Assembly (NCBI GenBank): GCA_964639725.1
Contig: CAZXFB010000018.1
Location: 6,054 to 70,053 of the forward strand
DNA: 64,000 nt
Reading direction: 5' to 3'
Source of the DNA: an uncultured Rikenellaceae bacterium
GTDB taxonomy: Bacteria; Bacteroidota; Bacteroidia; Bacteroidales; VadinHA17
Shown here in pieces: positions 1-9,142 of this stretch. Below the pieces are notes generated by a model. The model did no database searches and had not been told where the DNA came from. It saw nothing but the letters and a program-made list of their open reading frames with translations. The stretch's first letter is position 1. Each line of letters begins with the position of its first letter. The translations under genes and the position numbers were made by a program.

Positions 1-77
1 GATCTCAGTTAAATGAGTTCCTGTTAAAATGCATATTAAGAGAGATCAAAGTTATCCGCCAAAAGTGGATACATATA

Positions 78-111
78 TAAAAGCCCTGCAATACTCATGT
101 TTGCAGGGCTT
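78..111 (-). terminator. Rho-independent terminator-like hairpin after the 130..486 gene
   Basis: Perfect 10-bp inverted repeat AAGCCCTGCA (81-90) / TGCAGGGCTT (102-111) with an 11-nt loop. On the minus strand it is followed by a T/A-rich run. Confidence 0.55.
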
Positions 112-129
112 TATAATTAATTTACATGA

Positions 130-486
130 TTACTTTTTGCCGGTACCTGAACTTCTTGAAACTTTGGCTGCATTACGTTGTGGTGTCGCGCTTCGTGCAC
201 CTTTATTTTTAGTTGCACTCTTATTCATACTTTTTTCCTGAGTCTGTTTACCCGATTGAGTTTTAGTCTGAGTCCCTTCCATTTTTTGGGCTTTAGTCTG
301 AGCTCTTGTCTGAGCCTTAGTCTGAGTCTGTGTCTGAACCTGATTCTGATCCTGTGCTTTAACCTGAGTCTGCGCTTGTGTCTGGGCTTTAGTCTGAGAC
401 TGAGTTTGTGTCTGTGTTGTACTCTGTGCTGTGATACCTGCACTTATTAAGAGTGCTGCGGCAGCCATTAAAATTCTTCTTTTCAT
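130..486 (-). CDS. Small secreted low-complexity Q/T/K-rich repeat protein (hypothetical)
   Basis: ATG start and signal peptide MKRRILMAAAALLISAGITAQS. About 70 aa of degenerate (T/A)QT(K/Q) repeats, then a basic C-terminus. The underlying DNA repeat (TAGTCTGAG, 4 copies) keeps three frames open. Confidence 0.6.
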   Translation of the reverse strand: MKRRILMAAAALLISAGITAQSTTQTQTQSQTKAQTQAQTQVKAQDQNQVQTQTQTKAQTRAQTKAQKMEGTQTKTQSGKQTQEKSMNKSATKNKGARSATPQRNAAKVSRSSGTGKK

Positions 487-550
487 TTTCTTAAATATTT
501 GGTTAATGGTTATTTAACAGATCAAATATATACCCATGAAGATGAACGAA

Positions 551-1873
551 TCATGAATTTTCAGGAAAAAGAAAAGAAAAAGTTGTCCCAATACCAATTT
601 TTGAGTCAACAGCAATATCAATCTTATGAAAATCGGCGATTGATTTTGTAATAGCCAATCCTATCCCAGAACTGGTTTCTTCCCCGTGAAATTTGGTACT
701 AAAACGCAAAAAGAGATTTTTCAGCTGTTCACCAGTCATTCCCGCACCTGTATCAGAAATGATTACTAAAAGTCTTTTTTGCTGATATCTGCTAACCACT
801 TTCACATTTCCTTTTGATTGCGTATTCTTTACTGCATTGTTCACGACATTATAAAACATTGAAAAAACCAGAGATCTGTTAGCCCCTGAAAACTTCCAAT
901 CATCTCCTAGCTGACCATATAAATTTATTCCGGCATCTTCTGCAACTGGAGAAATTTCATCAATGACTTCATTGAGTACTTCTTTGATTGAAAAAGTTTC
1001 ATCTTTCAGGTATTGCTGACTTCCGATCCTGGCAATAAATAATAATGAATTGACAAGAGTTTTAAGCCGTTGAAGTGTCCGTAAAGACTCTTCAATCCGG
1101 TCTGTAGTTTCATGATCAAGATTCTCCTGCAATAAAATGTTCTCAAGTTTGCTCCTTAACACAGATACCGGTGTCATTAATTCATGAGAAATATTTACAG
1201 TAATATCCTTTTCCTTCTGAAAGAGATCATCAATTTTAGTCATCAATTGGATAAGAGTACGATCAAGTTGATGGAAATCAGATGTTGATGTTTTAATATC
1301 TGTCTTGTCGAAAAGAGAAGGGGTTGCAGTCCTTTTCAATTTTTTTATTATCAGATCAAGCGGTTGAAGGAGTTTTTTAGTATAATAAATGTCAGAAAAA
1401 AGAGTAATAAGAATAATAAAAATCAGGAAGATCCAGATTACCTTATTTATATTCCTGTTCGAATCTGAGATGCTTGCCAGACTTTTACCAATTTCAAGAA
1501 GATATGGATGTCCATCGACATCAAAAGAATAATTAAGTACACGATAACTTATTGTTTCATTTTCAATTGTCCGCTTTGTTACCTCAATAAAATTCCATTC
1601 CTCCTGCTCTTCAACTCTCTCAAGACTTATGAACTCATCTTTAAGTATATTATAACTTCCGAACGCATTTGCAGAGTCTGATGTTATAAAAGGCTCAATA
1701 CCAATAGTTGATATCTGTCCGATTACCTGTTCTCTTTTCTTTACCAGTTCATTATCTGTCTGTAAAATATTTATCCTTTCAATTATATATGGCATTATAA
1801 TGAGGAAGAGAGCTGTGAATACCAGTTTGGAGATGAAGTTGAAGAGCGAGAGTTTAGTTCTTAATCTGAGCAT
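551..1873 (-). CDS. Sensor histidine kinase (HisKA + HATPase_c), two N-terminal TM segments
   Basis: H-box SHELMTPVSVLRS; ATP-lid motifs NAVKNT, DTGAGM, GIGLAI. Lies 10 nt downstream of a response regulator gene. Confidence 0.9.
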   Translation of the reverse strand: MLRLRTKLSLFNFISKLVFTALFLIIMPYIIERINILQTDNELVKKREQVIGQISTIGIEPFITSDSANAFGSYNILKDEFISLERVEEQEEWNFIEVTKRTIENETISYRVLNYSFDVDGHPYLLEIGKSLASISDSNRNINKVIWIFLIFIILITLFSDIYYTKKLLQPLDLIIKKLKRTATPSLFDKTDIKTSTSDFHQLDRTLIQLMTKIDDLFQKEKDITVNISHELMTPVSVLRSKLENILLQENLDHETTDRIEESLRTLQRLKTLVNSLLFIARIGSQQYLKDETFSIKEVLNEVIDEISPVAEDAGINLYGQLGDDWKFSGANRSLVFSMFYNVVNNAVKNTQSKGNVKVVSRYQQKRLLVIISDTGAGMTGEQLKNLFLRFSTKFHGEETSSGIGLAITKSIADFHKIDIAVDSKIGIGTTFSFLFPENS

Positions 1874-1883
1874 TTCCCTGATC

Positions 1884-2570
1884 TTATTGGTTCTGACCTG
1901 AAATCACCCGGTAACCTATACCTCTAACAGTTTCAAGCCATGGAGTTGGCGCATAAAAACTAAGTTTTTTTCTGACATTTTTTATATGTACATCTATAAA
2001 ATTACTGTCATACTGATCCTCGAGAATATTCCCCCATATATGTTCATAAAGTTGATGACGAGTAAGTACTTTATTGCGGTTAATTACAAGGTACATCAAT
2101 AGGTCAAATTCTTTCCTGGTCAGTTCTACATTTCTTTTATCTGAGGTTATACTTCTTTGTGAAATATCCAGGACAAAATCGCCAATTTGAATCATGGGAT
2201 TTGTAATGGAAAACTTCCTCCTTGCAACAGCCTGTATACGTGAATACAGTTCGATAAGTGCAAAAGGTTTAGACAAATAATCATCTGCACCCAGATCAAG
2301 GCCTTTTACTTTATCTTCCACAGCGCCTCTGGCAGTTATAATAATAAACGCAGCCTCACATCCCTGCTTACGAGCCTCACGGATAAGATCGAGTCCGTTA
2401 TAATCAGGCAATCCCAGATCAAGCAGAACAAAATCATAAAGATTTACTGCGATCTTTTCCGAATAATCCATCCCTGTAAATGCAATGTCACAGATGAAAT
2501 TCTCATTTTTAAGAAACAGAGCTATTTCGTTTGCAAGACTTTTCTCATCTTCAACTATAAGAACGTTCAT
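1884..2570 (-). CDS. OmpR/PhoB-family response regulator
   Basis: Receiver domain (VLIVEDE, LLDLGLPD, KPF) plus a C-terminal winged-helix domain (LTRKEFDLLMYL, VRGIGYRV). Confidence 0.9.
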   Translation of the reverse strand: MNVLIVEDEKSLANEIALFLKNENFICDIAFTGMDYSEKIAVNLYDFVLLDLGLPDYNGLDLIREARKQGCEAAFIIITARGAVEDKVKGLDLGADDYLSKPFALIELYSRIQAVARRKFSITNPMIQIGDFVLDISQRSITSDKRNVELTRKEFDLLMYLVINRNKVLTRHQLYEHIWGNILEDQYDSNFIDVHIKNVRKKLSFYAPTPWLETVRGIGYRVISGQNQ

Positions 2571-2578
2571 AACCCTGA

Positions 2579-3514
2579 TTAAAATAATTTAAATGAACAG
2601 TTTAGCATGAAGACAAAACCTTTTGGACTTGGCATTCCTGTAACCTCATACATAGGTAAAATATAACCTGGTTCTGCCTCAATGGCGAGTTTCCCGATGT
2701 TCAAGCCAACTGGTAAACCAAAATCAACCTCCATCAATCCAAAGATAGTTGATATTTTTGTGGTTGAAGATGTTCCACCTGATCCACCTGCTCCCCCCGT
2801 TCCGGATCCTCCTGATAAACCGCTGCCAGATCCTGCAGTATGAAAGGGAGAAGAGATACCGGTTGTGGTTCCTTCCGATGTAGTCGTTTGGGTAAGTGAC
2901 CCAAATAACAGGTTCACATAAGGATCAAATGAAATGTATGCTTTACCTTTAAAAAATTCAGGAGTCTGAAAATATCGTGAATTCCTCATTTGAAAATAGA
3001 CACTTGCTGTTTCGGAGAATAGTCCTCCGACTGAAAGTTTTGAATAAATAAGTTTCCAGTCAATACCCAAAGTGAGATCACCATTAAAAAAGCTGTTAAA
3101 AAGAGTATCTGACAACTGACCGGCTACCTGATATCTGGAAGCTCCCAGTGAAACATCAAACCATGAATTGAATACATGACTGTAATTCAATGATATAGTG
3201 TGGTATGCAAGGAAAGGATCAAATGCCGGAAGGTGAAAAGTTGATACAGACGCGAAAAGTTCATTATTGTAGCAATATATCAGTGAGCCATAGTAAAATG
3301 GCTGATCTTGTGAGAATGAAGAACCCAATACCATATTATTCCCGTATCCAAGGCTTGTGTAAAAGGAGTGTGGTGAAACAGGCTTTATCATGAGTATTGA
3401 ATCCTGTTTCTCAAAGTCGGATGCCAATTTTTCCTGAGGAAGAGCACTTAAAGGAATTATTGCCAAAACAATGCTCCAAACCATTATACGGGTACTTGAT
3501 TTAATATGTTCCAT
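2579..3514 (-). CDS. Putative outer-membrane beta-barrel protein with a G/S-rich loop (hypothetical)
   Basis: I prefer the internal ATG at 3514 (MEHIKSS...). It avoids overlap with the upstream ORF and is followed by a signal-like hydrophobic stretch. Alternating amphipathic strands; loop GSGSGLSGGSGTGGAGGSGGTSS; C-terminal ...SFKLF as in OM barrels. Confidence 0.55.
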   Translation of the reverse strand: MEHIKSSTRIMVWSIVLAIIPLSALPQEKLASDFEKQDSILMIKPVSPHSFYTSLGYGNNMVLGSSFSQDQPFYYGSLIYCYNNELFASVSTFHLPAFDPFLAYHTISLNYSHVFNSWFDVSLGASRYQVAGQLSDTLFNSFFNGDLTLGIDWKLIYSKLSVGGLFSETASVYFQMRNSRYFQTPEFFKGKAYISFDPYVNLLFGSLTQTTTSEGTTTGISSPFHTAGSGSGLSGGSGTGGAGGSGGTSSTTKISTIFGLMEVDFGLPVGLNIGKLAIEAEPGYILPMYEVTGMPSPKGFVFMLNCSFKLF

Positions 3515-3530
3515 CTTGTTTATAATAAAA

Positions 3531-3932
3531 TTATCTTCTGCCTGGTCTAATTGCACCACCGGGTTTTCCGGCTCCTTTGGGCATTCCTGCACCTGAAGGT
3601 CTTACAACATAAGGTGGTCGGGCTCCTTTAGCTTTTGACATATCAGGATTTGATCCCTTAACCTCTTTTACATCCGAAGACCCTTCTTCTTTTTTCTTTT
3701 TCTTTTTCTCCTGCTGAGTCATAGTTTTTTGAATGGTATTAACGTCTGTTATACCTTGTTTGTTTTCTGCATTTAATCCAACAATTTGCACTTTCTGTGC
3801 TTTTCCAGAAACTGATTCATTGATCACCTCCTTTTCCTGGGCATGAACAGTGTTACCCAGAAGTAGTAAAAAGATCAGGCTAAGAACAATTTTTCTGCAT
3901 TTACAAATTCTCTCTATCATTTTTCCCTCCAT
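3531..3932 (-). CDS. Small secreted K/E- and G/P-rich protein (hypothetical)
   Basis: Hydrophobic signal segment IVLSLIFLLLLGNTVHAQ; KKKKKKEE run; C-terminal GAGMPKGAGKPGGAIRPG. First gene of a same-strand string with the beta-barrel, RR and HK genes. The start may instead be 3920. Confidence 0.5.
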   Translation of the reverse strand: MEGKMIERICKCRKIVLSLIFLLLLGNTVHAQEKEVINESVSGKAQKVQIVGLNAENKQGITDVNTIQKTMTQQEKKKKKKEEGSSDVKEVKGSNPDMSKAKGARPPYVVRPSGAGMPKGAGKPGGAIRPGRR

Positions 3933-4795
3933 TTTCTTATATTTATTTAACAGACCTGAAATATATCAATTTAATAGTATCTCTTTTATATCCTGCATGC
4001 AAATATATTCTAAGTAAAATGAAGAAAAGATGAACATATTATTGCTTCTAAAGAATATAGGTTTATAATTCCTCATCTGACTACACTATAAGTACTTGAT
4101 TTACTGGATGTGAATAATTCGGTTGATTGATAACCAACATGTAAAAAGTTTATGAATTTCAACTAACAGATAGGAATTAGTTAACCGGATATCTCCTGCC
4201 TGACAATGGCTCTTTTAAAAATGAGAAAGAGGTTATTAGTATTTTGGTCATAAAAACCAAGAATTTTCATCTTTAAATATATCATTTAAGCCTGATAACT
4301 ACAAAATGCGAACAGTCTATAATACTGGTCATCAAGAGGTAATAATATTGTCAGTTTGTGGAGTTAATCTATCTATAGCTGTTTATTTACATTTTTTATA
4401 TATCTCTTTAATAAATCTTGCATGAAGGGTAAATTCTGCATGTGGTTTTAGGTAAAGTATTCTGCGGATAGATTTAATCGATTCGACCTAATATTTAACT
4501 TTTTATGAGTCAGAATCGGAATTGTAACCTTCAACCGATGTATCATTACAATAAGATTGGCTATCCTTAAGCTTGAATTTAAGAGTGGCTAAACAGATAA
4601 TCCTTGTTTTTACTTTAAATGAATAATGAAATTAATAAAAATTCGATATTTGCGACAATAAGTACTATATTGTAGCAATTGAACCAGGTAAGCAGAGTAT
4701 TTATGAACAATCCTGAAAAAATGCAGGTATTAATTACAAGTCTTCAAAATGTTTAGAATCTATTGCAGCATGTCCCTATGGCAGCATGAAGTATA

Positions 4796-5110
4796 ATGCG
4801 TGATAATATGAAAGGTATATTTGATTCAATAATATACGATTCACGACCAGTTATAGTCGATGTTCGCTCCTCATGGTTTAATCCATGTAAGATACATTCA
4901 CCAATTTTAAAAGATGTTGCAACTGAAATGGGAGAAAAGATCAGAATTATAAAAATTGATGTTGATCAGAACAGTGAAATAGCAAGGCAGTATAATATAC
5001 AGAGTGTCCCCACGATAATACTCTTTCAAACCGTGAAACAGGTTTGGAGACATTCGGGTGTGGTTTGCATAAATCATTTGCTGAGTGTTTTAATTAAAAA
5101 TATCCCATAA
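4796..5110 (+). CDS. Thioredoxin-fold protein with degenerate active site (WFNPC instead of WCGPC)
   Basis: Canonical length, and colinear with TrxA: VIVDVRSSWFNPCKIHSPIL, IDVDQN, SVPTIILF with the cis-Pro retained. The first active-site Cys is replaced by Phe (codons 4874-4888). Confidence 0.75.
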   Translation: MRDNMKGIFDSIIYDSRPVIVDVRSSWFNPCKIHSPILKDVATEMGEKIRIIKIDVDQNSEIARQYNIQSVPTIILFQTVKQVWRHSGVVCINHLLSVLIKNIP

Positions 5111-5150
5111 GGTGTTATCGAAATGGCAATTATTGTTATTGCAAGCTTAA

Positions 5151-5732
5151 ATGACACATAATGAAATAATAGAACTTATCCTTAAAGGAGATAAGGAAAA
5201 GTTTAGGTTGATTATAGAGGAATACCAGCAAATGGTGTTTCGTACTTGTATGGGTTATGTTCATAACAAAGATGATGCTGATGATCTTACTCAGGAAGTA
5301 TTTATTCAGGCTTATCAGGCATTGACAGGTTTCAGGCAGGAGTCGTCAATTTCAACCTGGTTGTACCGAATTGCTATAAATGCTTCATTGAATAAAGTCA
5401 GGAGGAATTCAAAGAATTTCTTATTCAGGCAGTTGGATCTTATTACCGGAGCAGATAAGAGTGAATATCATGGAATAGATATTACTGATAATGAAAATCC
5501 TGAAAACATCCTTATTAGAGAGGAACATAATGCCTGGATTCAGAAGGCACTTGATAGTCTTCCAGAGAATCAACGAACCGCAATTGTCCTTAGCAAGTAT
5601 GATAGCCTGTCTCAAAAGGAGATAGCTGAAATTATGAAAACAACTGAAGGAGCAGTTGAAGCTTTGATTCAGAGAGCGAAAGCCAATCTGAGAATAAAAA
5701 TGACATCAGGTATGAAAAAAAACAGAAAATAA
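5151..5732 (+). CDS. ECF-type RNA polymerase sigma-70 family factor
   Basis: Region 2 (DADDLTQEVFIQAYQAL, STWLYRIAINASLN) and region 4 (LPENQRTAIVLSKYDSLSQKEIAEIM). Confidence 0.9.
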   Translation: MTHNEIIELILKGDKEKFRLIIEEYQQMVFRTCMGYVHNKDDADDLTQEVFIQAYQALTGFRQESSISTWLYRIAINASLNKVRRNSKNFLFRQLDLITGADKSEYHGIDITDNENPENILIREEHNAWIQKALDSLPENQRTAIVLSKYDSLSQKEIAEIMKTTEGAVEALIQRAKANLRIKMTSGMKKNRK

Positions 5733-5776
5733 CCATAGGAAAAAAATAAGTTTTGTTTCTAATCTATAAAATCAGT

Positions 5777-6211
5777 ATGATGAACTGTAAGTTATGTCAG
5801 AGTGAACTTGAAAATTACCTGGAAGGAAACTTACCTGATGGTAAAAGGTCACTGTTAGAACAACATCTAGATCAATGTGATACCTGTTCTGAAACTTTAA
5901 AGCTTCTACGACTTGCTGATAACGTAATCGATATAGAGAGAAAAAGTGAATCCAATCCATTTCTTGCAACGCGTATTATGTCTGCAATTGAGGAATTAGA
6001 ACAAAAACAGAGAAAACCTGTTTATTATCCACTTTTTGGTAAAGTGCTGAAACCTGTACTAATAACTGCTACCTTAGCAATTGCATTGCTTCTTGGTATT
6101 GTTGCAGGTAATTTAGGACGTCCAACCATTCTTTCTTCGCAGATACCTGATGAAATGATTTATATTAATGATGCAAATATTGAGTCATTGGCTCTCTTTT
6201 TAATAGATTAA
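5777..6211 (+). CDS. Anti-sigma factor, zf-HC2 type, single TM
   Basis: CKLCQSELENYLEG...HLDQCDTC zinc-finger motif and TM segment VLITATLAIALLLGIVAG. Immediately downstream of the ECF sigma gene. ATG at 5777 preferred over the track start at 5753. Confidence 0.75.
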   Translation: MMNCKLCQSELENYLEGNLPDGKRSLLEQHLDQCDTCSETLKLLRLADNVIDIERKSESNPFLATRIMSAIEELEQKQRKPVYYPLFGKVLKPVLITATLAIALLLGIVAGNLGRPTILSSQIPDEMIYINDANIESLALFLID

Positions 6212-6217
6212 AAAAAC

Positions 6218-6775
6218 ATGAAAACAGAAAAGGGACATTCAATATTAATTTGGGCAGTAGTTGCACTTGTGGTTCTTAATCTTTCAACACTGACTACTAT
6301 TTTTTTACAGAGGAAGGCTGATTCAACAAAATATATTGGTAAATCAGATCAGGTAAATCTGACTGCTCCACCTCAGTCAGAAAAATTCAGCGGTCGGTAT
6401 TTCAAAGAAAAATTGAATATGACAACTGTACAAATGCGTGAATTCCAAAAATTTAATCCTGAATTCAGAAATGAAGCCAGGGCTACCAATGTAAGGCTGG
6501 CAAAACTGAGGGGTGAAATGCTTAACGAAATGGCTTCACCTGAAACTGATACATCTAAACTAAATGCGCTATCAGATTCAATAGGAAATTATCATAGTAG
6601 ATTGAAGAGGATTACTTACAAGTACTATCTTGATTTAAAAAGCATCTGTAATCCTGATCAAAAGATACAACTCAAAGAACTATTCAGTGATACTTTTAAC
6701 AGCGATGGTCCAATGGGTTCCCAAAACGGAGGTAGCAGAGGAGGAAGACAATTTAGAGGTGGGTTTAAGAATTAG
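6218..6775 (+). CDS. Periplasmic Spy/CpxP-like (LTXXQ-type) protein, third gene of the ECF sigma operon
   Basis: N-terminal TM/signal anchor; helical region with MTTVQMREFQKF (LTXXQ-like); G/R-rich tail. Position after sigma/anti-sigma is typical of periplasmic heavy-metal-sensor-like proteins. Confidence 0.55.
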   Translation: MKTEKGHSILIWAVVALVVLNLSTLTTIFLQRKADSTKYIGKSDQVNLTAPPQSEKFSGRYFKEKLNMTTVQMREFQKFNPEFRNEARATNVRLAKLRGEMLNEMASPETDTSKLNALSDSIGNYHSRLKRITYKYYLDLKSICNPDQKIQLKELFSDTFNSDGPMGSQNGGSRGGRQFRGGFKN

Positions 6776-6807
6776 AATATATCCATTGGATTCTAAATTT
6801 TTACCGG

Positions 6808-7407
6808 TTGAATAATTTGAAGGGTTTCCTTTACAACAAGCTGATAGATCCATTGCTCTCAGGGTTGAGAGATGAGATCATTAAAAAGGCAGGGAAATCT
6901 GAAAAAGTCATTGATATAGCCTGTGGCACCGGACAACTTGCTATGGTTATGGCTGAAGTTGCTGGGAACGTGACTGGTATTGACCTTGACAAGGAACTTG
7001 TTTCGTATGCATCCCTGAGGGTAAAAAATTATGGTATTAATAATGTGCTGTTTGAAGTTCATGATGCTTCCAATCTCACAATTTATCTGGATAAAGAATT
7101 TGATATTGCTGTTACCTCAATGGCTATCCATCAGTTTGATTCTCAAATTGCTATAAATATCCTATCAGAGATGAAGAGAATTGCCCATGTTGTAATAATT
7201 GGGGATTATAACTTTCCCCTCCCAAAAAATATAGCTGGAACATTAGCTTACTTCATTGAGCTATTGGCAGGTGGAGATCATTTCAGGAATTTTAAAAATT
7301 ATATATCCCTCGGAGGAATTAAACACTTAACAAGTTCTGCCGGATTAATTGTAAAATCCCAATGTTCAATAGGCCGGAGAACTTTTATTGTTGTAATATG
7401 TGAATAA
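6808..7407 (+). CDS. Class I SAM-dependent methyltransferase
   Basis: Motif I VIDIACGTGQL, then GIDLD and AVTSMAIHQF. The only available start is TTG at 6808. Confidence 0.75.
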   Translation: MNNLKGFLYNKLIDPLLSGLRDEIIKKAGKSEKVIDIACGTGQLAMVMAEVAGNVTGIDLDKELVSYASLRVKNYGINNVLFEVHDASNLTIYLDKEFDIAVTSMAIHQFDSQIAINILSEMKRIAHVVIIGDYNFPLPKNIAGTLAYFIELLAGGDHFRNFKNYISLGGIKHLTSSAGLIVKSQCSIGRRTFIVVICE

Positions 7408-7781
7408 TATACTTCTAAATTGGGTTCCATATCTTGAAAATTAAGAGAAGTAACAATGCATCTATAATTATCAATGTGGTAATTGAAACATAGGATTTCA
7501 TATTTTCCTTATCTTTTCTGACAACGCCTGTAAAAATTCCTGGTCATTATAGCTTGAATCCGGTAAAACAAATTGCCCTTCAGCAATAATTAATAATTTA
7601 CCTGATATTATTAAAAATATAGCCAAGATGAGTCATTGCCTTGGTTAATTCAAAATAAATCTTAAAATAATAAAAAGACCGTAGGAAATGATTGCGTTTT
7701 GTATCTAATGTATAGAAATCAGTAAAAAAGAAAATTTTAAAAAAGGATTTTAAATTAAAAACAACATTAACAATTAAATTT

Positions 7782-8138
7782 ATGATTATGAAAACAAAAT
7801 TATTTCTTGCAGGATTTGCTTTAATAGCAATTGCTTCGATCGCAAACGGACAAAACACAGAAACAGGAAACAGGCAGGTAAACACTTCTGGGAAAGGTGT
7901 ATCATATGTCGATGAAAATAAAAACGGGATATGTGATAATTTTGAAAACAATTCAGGTACCACACAGTCAACTCAAGGTAGGTGTTATTACTGGAGAGTA
8001 AAAGGAAATGGGAATGGTCAGGGAAACTGCTGCGGAAGAAGTAATGTTGCAGCACAAGGAAGAGGTAAGGGCAAAAATTTTGTAGATAAGGATAACAATG
8101 GTGTCTGTGACAATTTTGAAAGCAGAGATCAAAAATAA
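7782..8138 (+). CDS. Small secreted protein with two Cys-containing EF-hand-like loops (hypothetical)
   Basis: Signal peptide MIMKTKLFLAGFALIAIASIANGQ. Two copies of [YF]VD[EK][ND][KN]NG[IV]CDNFE (aa 42-55 and 100-113), separated by a G/N/C-rich linker. Confidence 0.6.
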   Translation: MIMKTKLFLAGFALIAIASIANGQNTETGNRQVNTSGKGVSYVDENKNGICDNFENNSGTTQSTQGRCYYWRVKGNGNGQGNCCGRSNVAAQGRGKGKNFVDKDNNGVCDNFESRDQK

Positions 8139-8274
8139 TGATATGATTTAATTCTACTGTCGGATTAAGAAATCCGGCAAATCCTCAATATATAAACCAT
8201 TAAATATCAATTGTTTGGTAATTTTGCTAAGCAATAGAAAGCAATAACTATATCAAATTTAAAAAATAATAATC

Positions 8275-9021
8275 ATGAAAACAACGTTTAAAACAATAGC
8301 AATAGTCAGTTTTTTAACATCTTCCGTAATACTTACACATTCTTGTGAAAAGAATACAAATAGCGACGGTTCAGATATGTTTGCACCTTTCCTATCTGTT
8401 TCAGCCGATGGTACTTCTTCAATAATTGAAGAAAAAATGCTTCAGGCGTTGATGGTAACAGCTGTCATTACAGATGATGAAACCAACTCACTGGTAAATA
8501 TGAGAGAAGAAGAGAAATTAGCCCGTGATGTTTATTATGCTCTAAAGGAGAAATGGGGAAATATTACATTCACCAGAATTTCAATAGCTGAGAATAATCA
8601 TATGACAGCGCTTAATACCCTTCTGAAAGCCTATGGTTCGTCAGATACAGTGATCACTGAGAAAGGAGTTTTTACTAATCAAAAGGTTCAGGAACTTTAT
8701 AATGGACTTGTTACCAGTGGATCTGTATCACTTATTGATGCATTTAAAATTGGTGCACTTATTGAAGAAATGGATATAAATGACATTCAGGATCTACTCA
8801 ACACAACAGATAACGAGAATATTAAGATGGTTTTTGACAATCTGGAAAGAGGATCGCGAAACCACTTAAGGGCATTTACACGCCAGCTTAAACTTAATGG
8901 ATTGACATACAACCCTGTATATATAAGCCTGGAGGAATATAACAGCATTATTAATAATCCTGTTGAAAGCGGCAATCATTACCGTATGAACAGGAATGCG
9001 GTATGTATAAGAAATAATTGA
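8275..9021 (+). CDS. DUF2202-like ferritin-fold lipoprotein
   Basis: Lipobox-like LTHSC. MREEEKLARDVYYAL...IAENNHM...IEEMDINDI...ERGSRNHLRAF pattern of paired E/H-containing helices. Confidence 0.6.
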   Translation: MKTTFKTIAIVSFLTSSVILTHSCEKNTNSDGSDMFAPFLSVSADGTSSIIEEKMLQALMVTAVITDDETNSLVNMREEEKLARDVYYALKEKWGNITFTRISIAENNHMTALNTLLKAYGSSDTVITEKGVFTNQKVQELYNGLVTSGSVSLIDAFKIGALIEEMDINDIQDLLNTTDNENIKMVFDNLERGSRNHLRAFTRQLKLNGLTYNPVYISLEEYNSIINNPVESGNHYRMNRNAVCIRNN

Positions 9022-9107
9022 CTTTAGGTCTTAATTGCATAGCATTACCATTCCATTAATGCTGTTGTTAGAAGATGTGATCTTAATGGCAATTAAACAG
9101 ATGATTA

Positions 9108-9142
9108 AACACCTGCCTGATCAACAACGCAGGTGTTTTTTC
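9108..9142 (+). terminator. Rho-independent terminator after the DUF2202-like gene
   Basis: AACACCTGC (9108-9116) pairs with GCAGGTGTT (9129-9137), followed by a T-run to 9141. Confidence 0.7.

Noticed and set aside
29-241. 70-aa plus-strand ORF at the left edge
   Set aside because: It runs through the terminator hairpin and antisense into the repeat-protein gene, and has no recognisable features.
178-450. ORFs 178..450 (+) and 225..443 (-), which overlap the 130..486 gene
   Set aside because: All three frames stay open only because of the GTCTGA-rich low-complexity repeat. Only the 130..486 frame has a convincing signal peptide and an ATG start followed by a terminator.
4721-4795. In-frame upstream extension of the Trx-like gene (ATG at 4721), considered as a sign of a pseudogene
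   Set aside because: Two in-frame stops (TAG 4754-4756, TGA 4787-4789) separate it from the gene. The ORF starting at 4796 already has the canonical thioredoxin length, with W27 aligning to TrxA W28, so no extension is needed.
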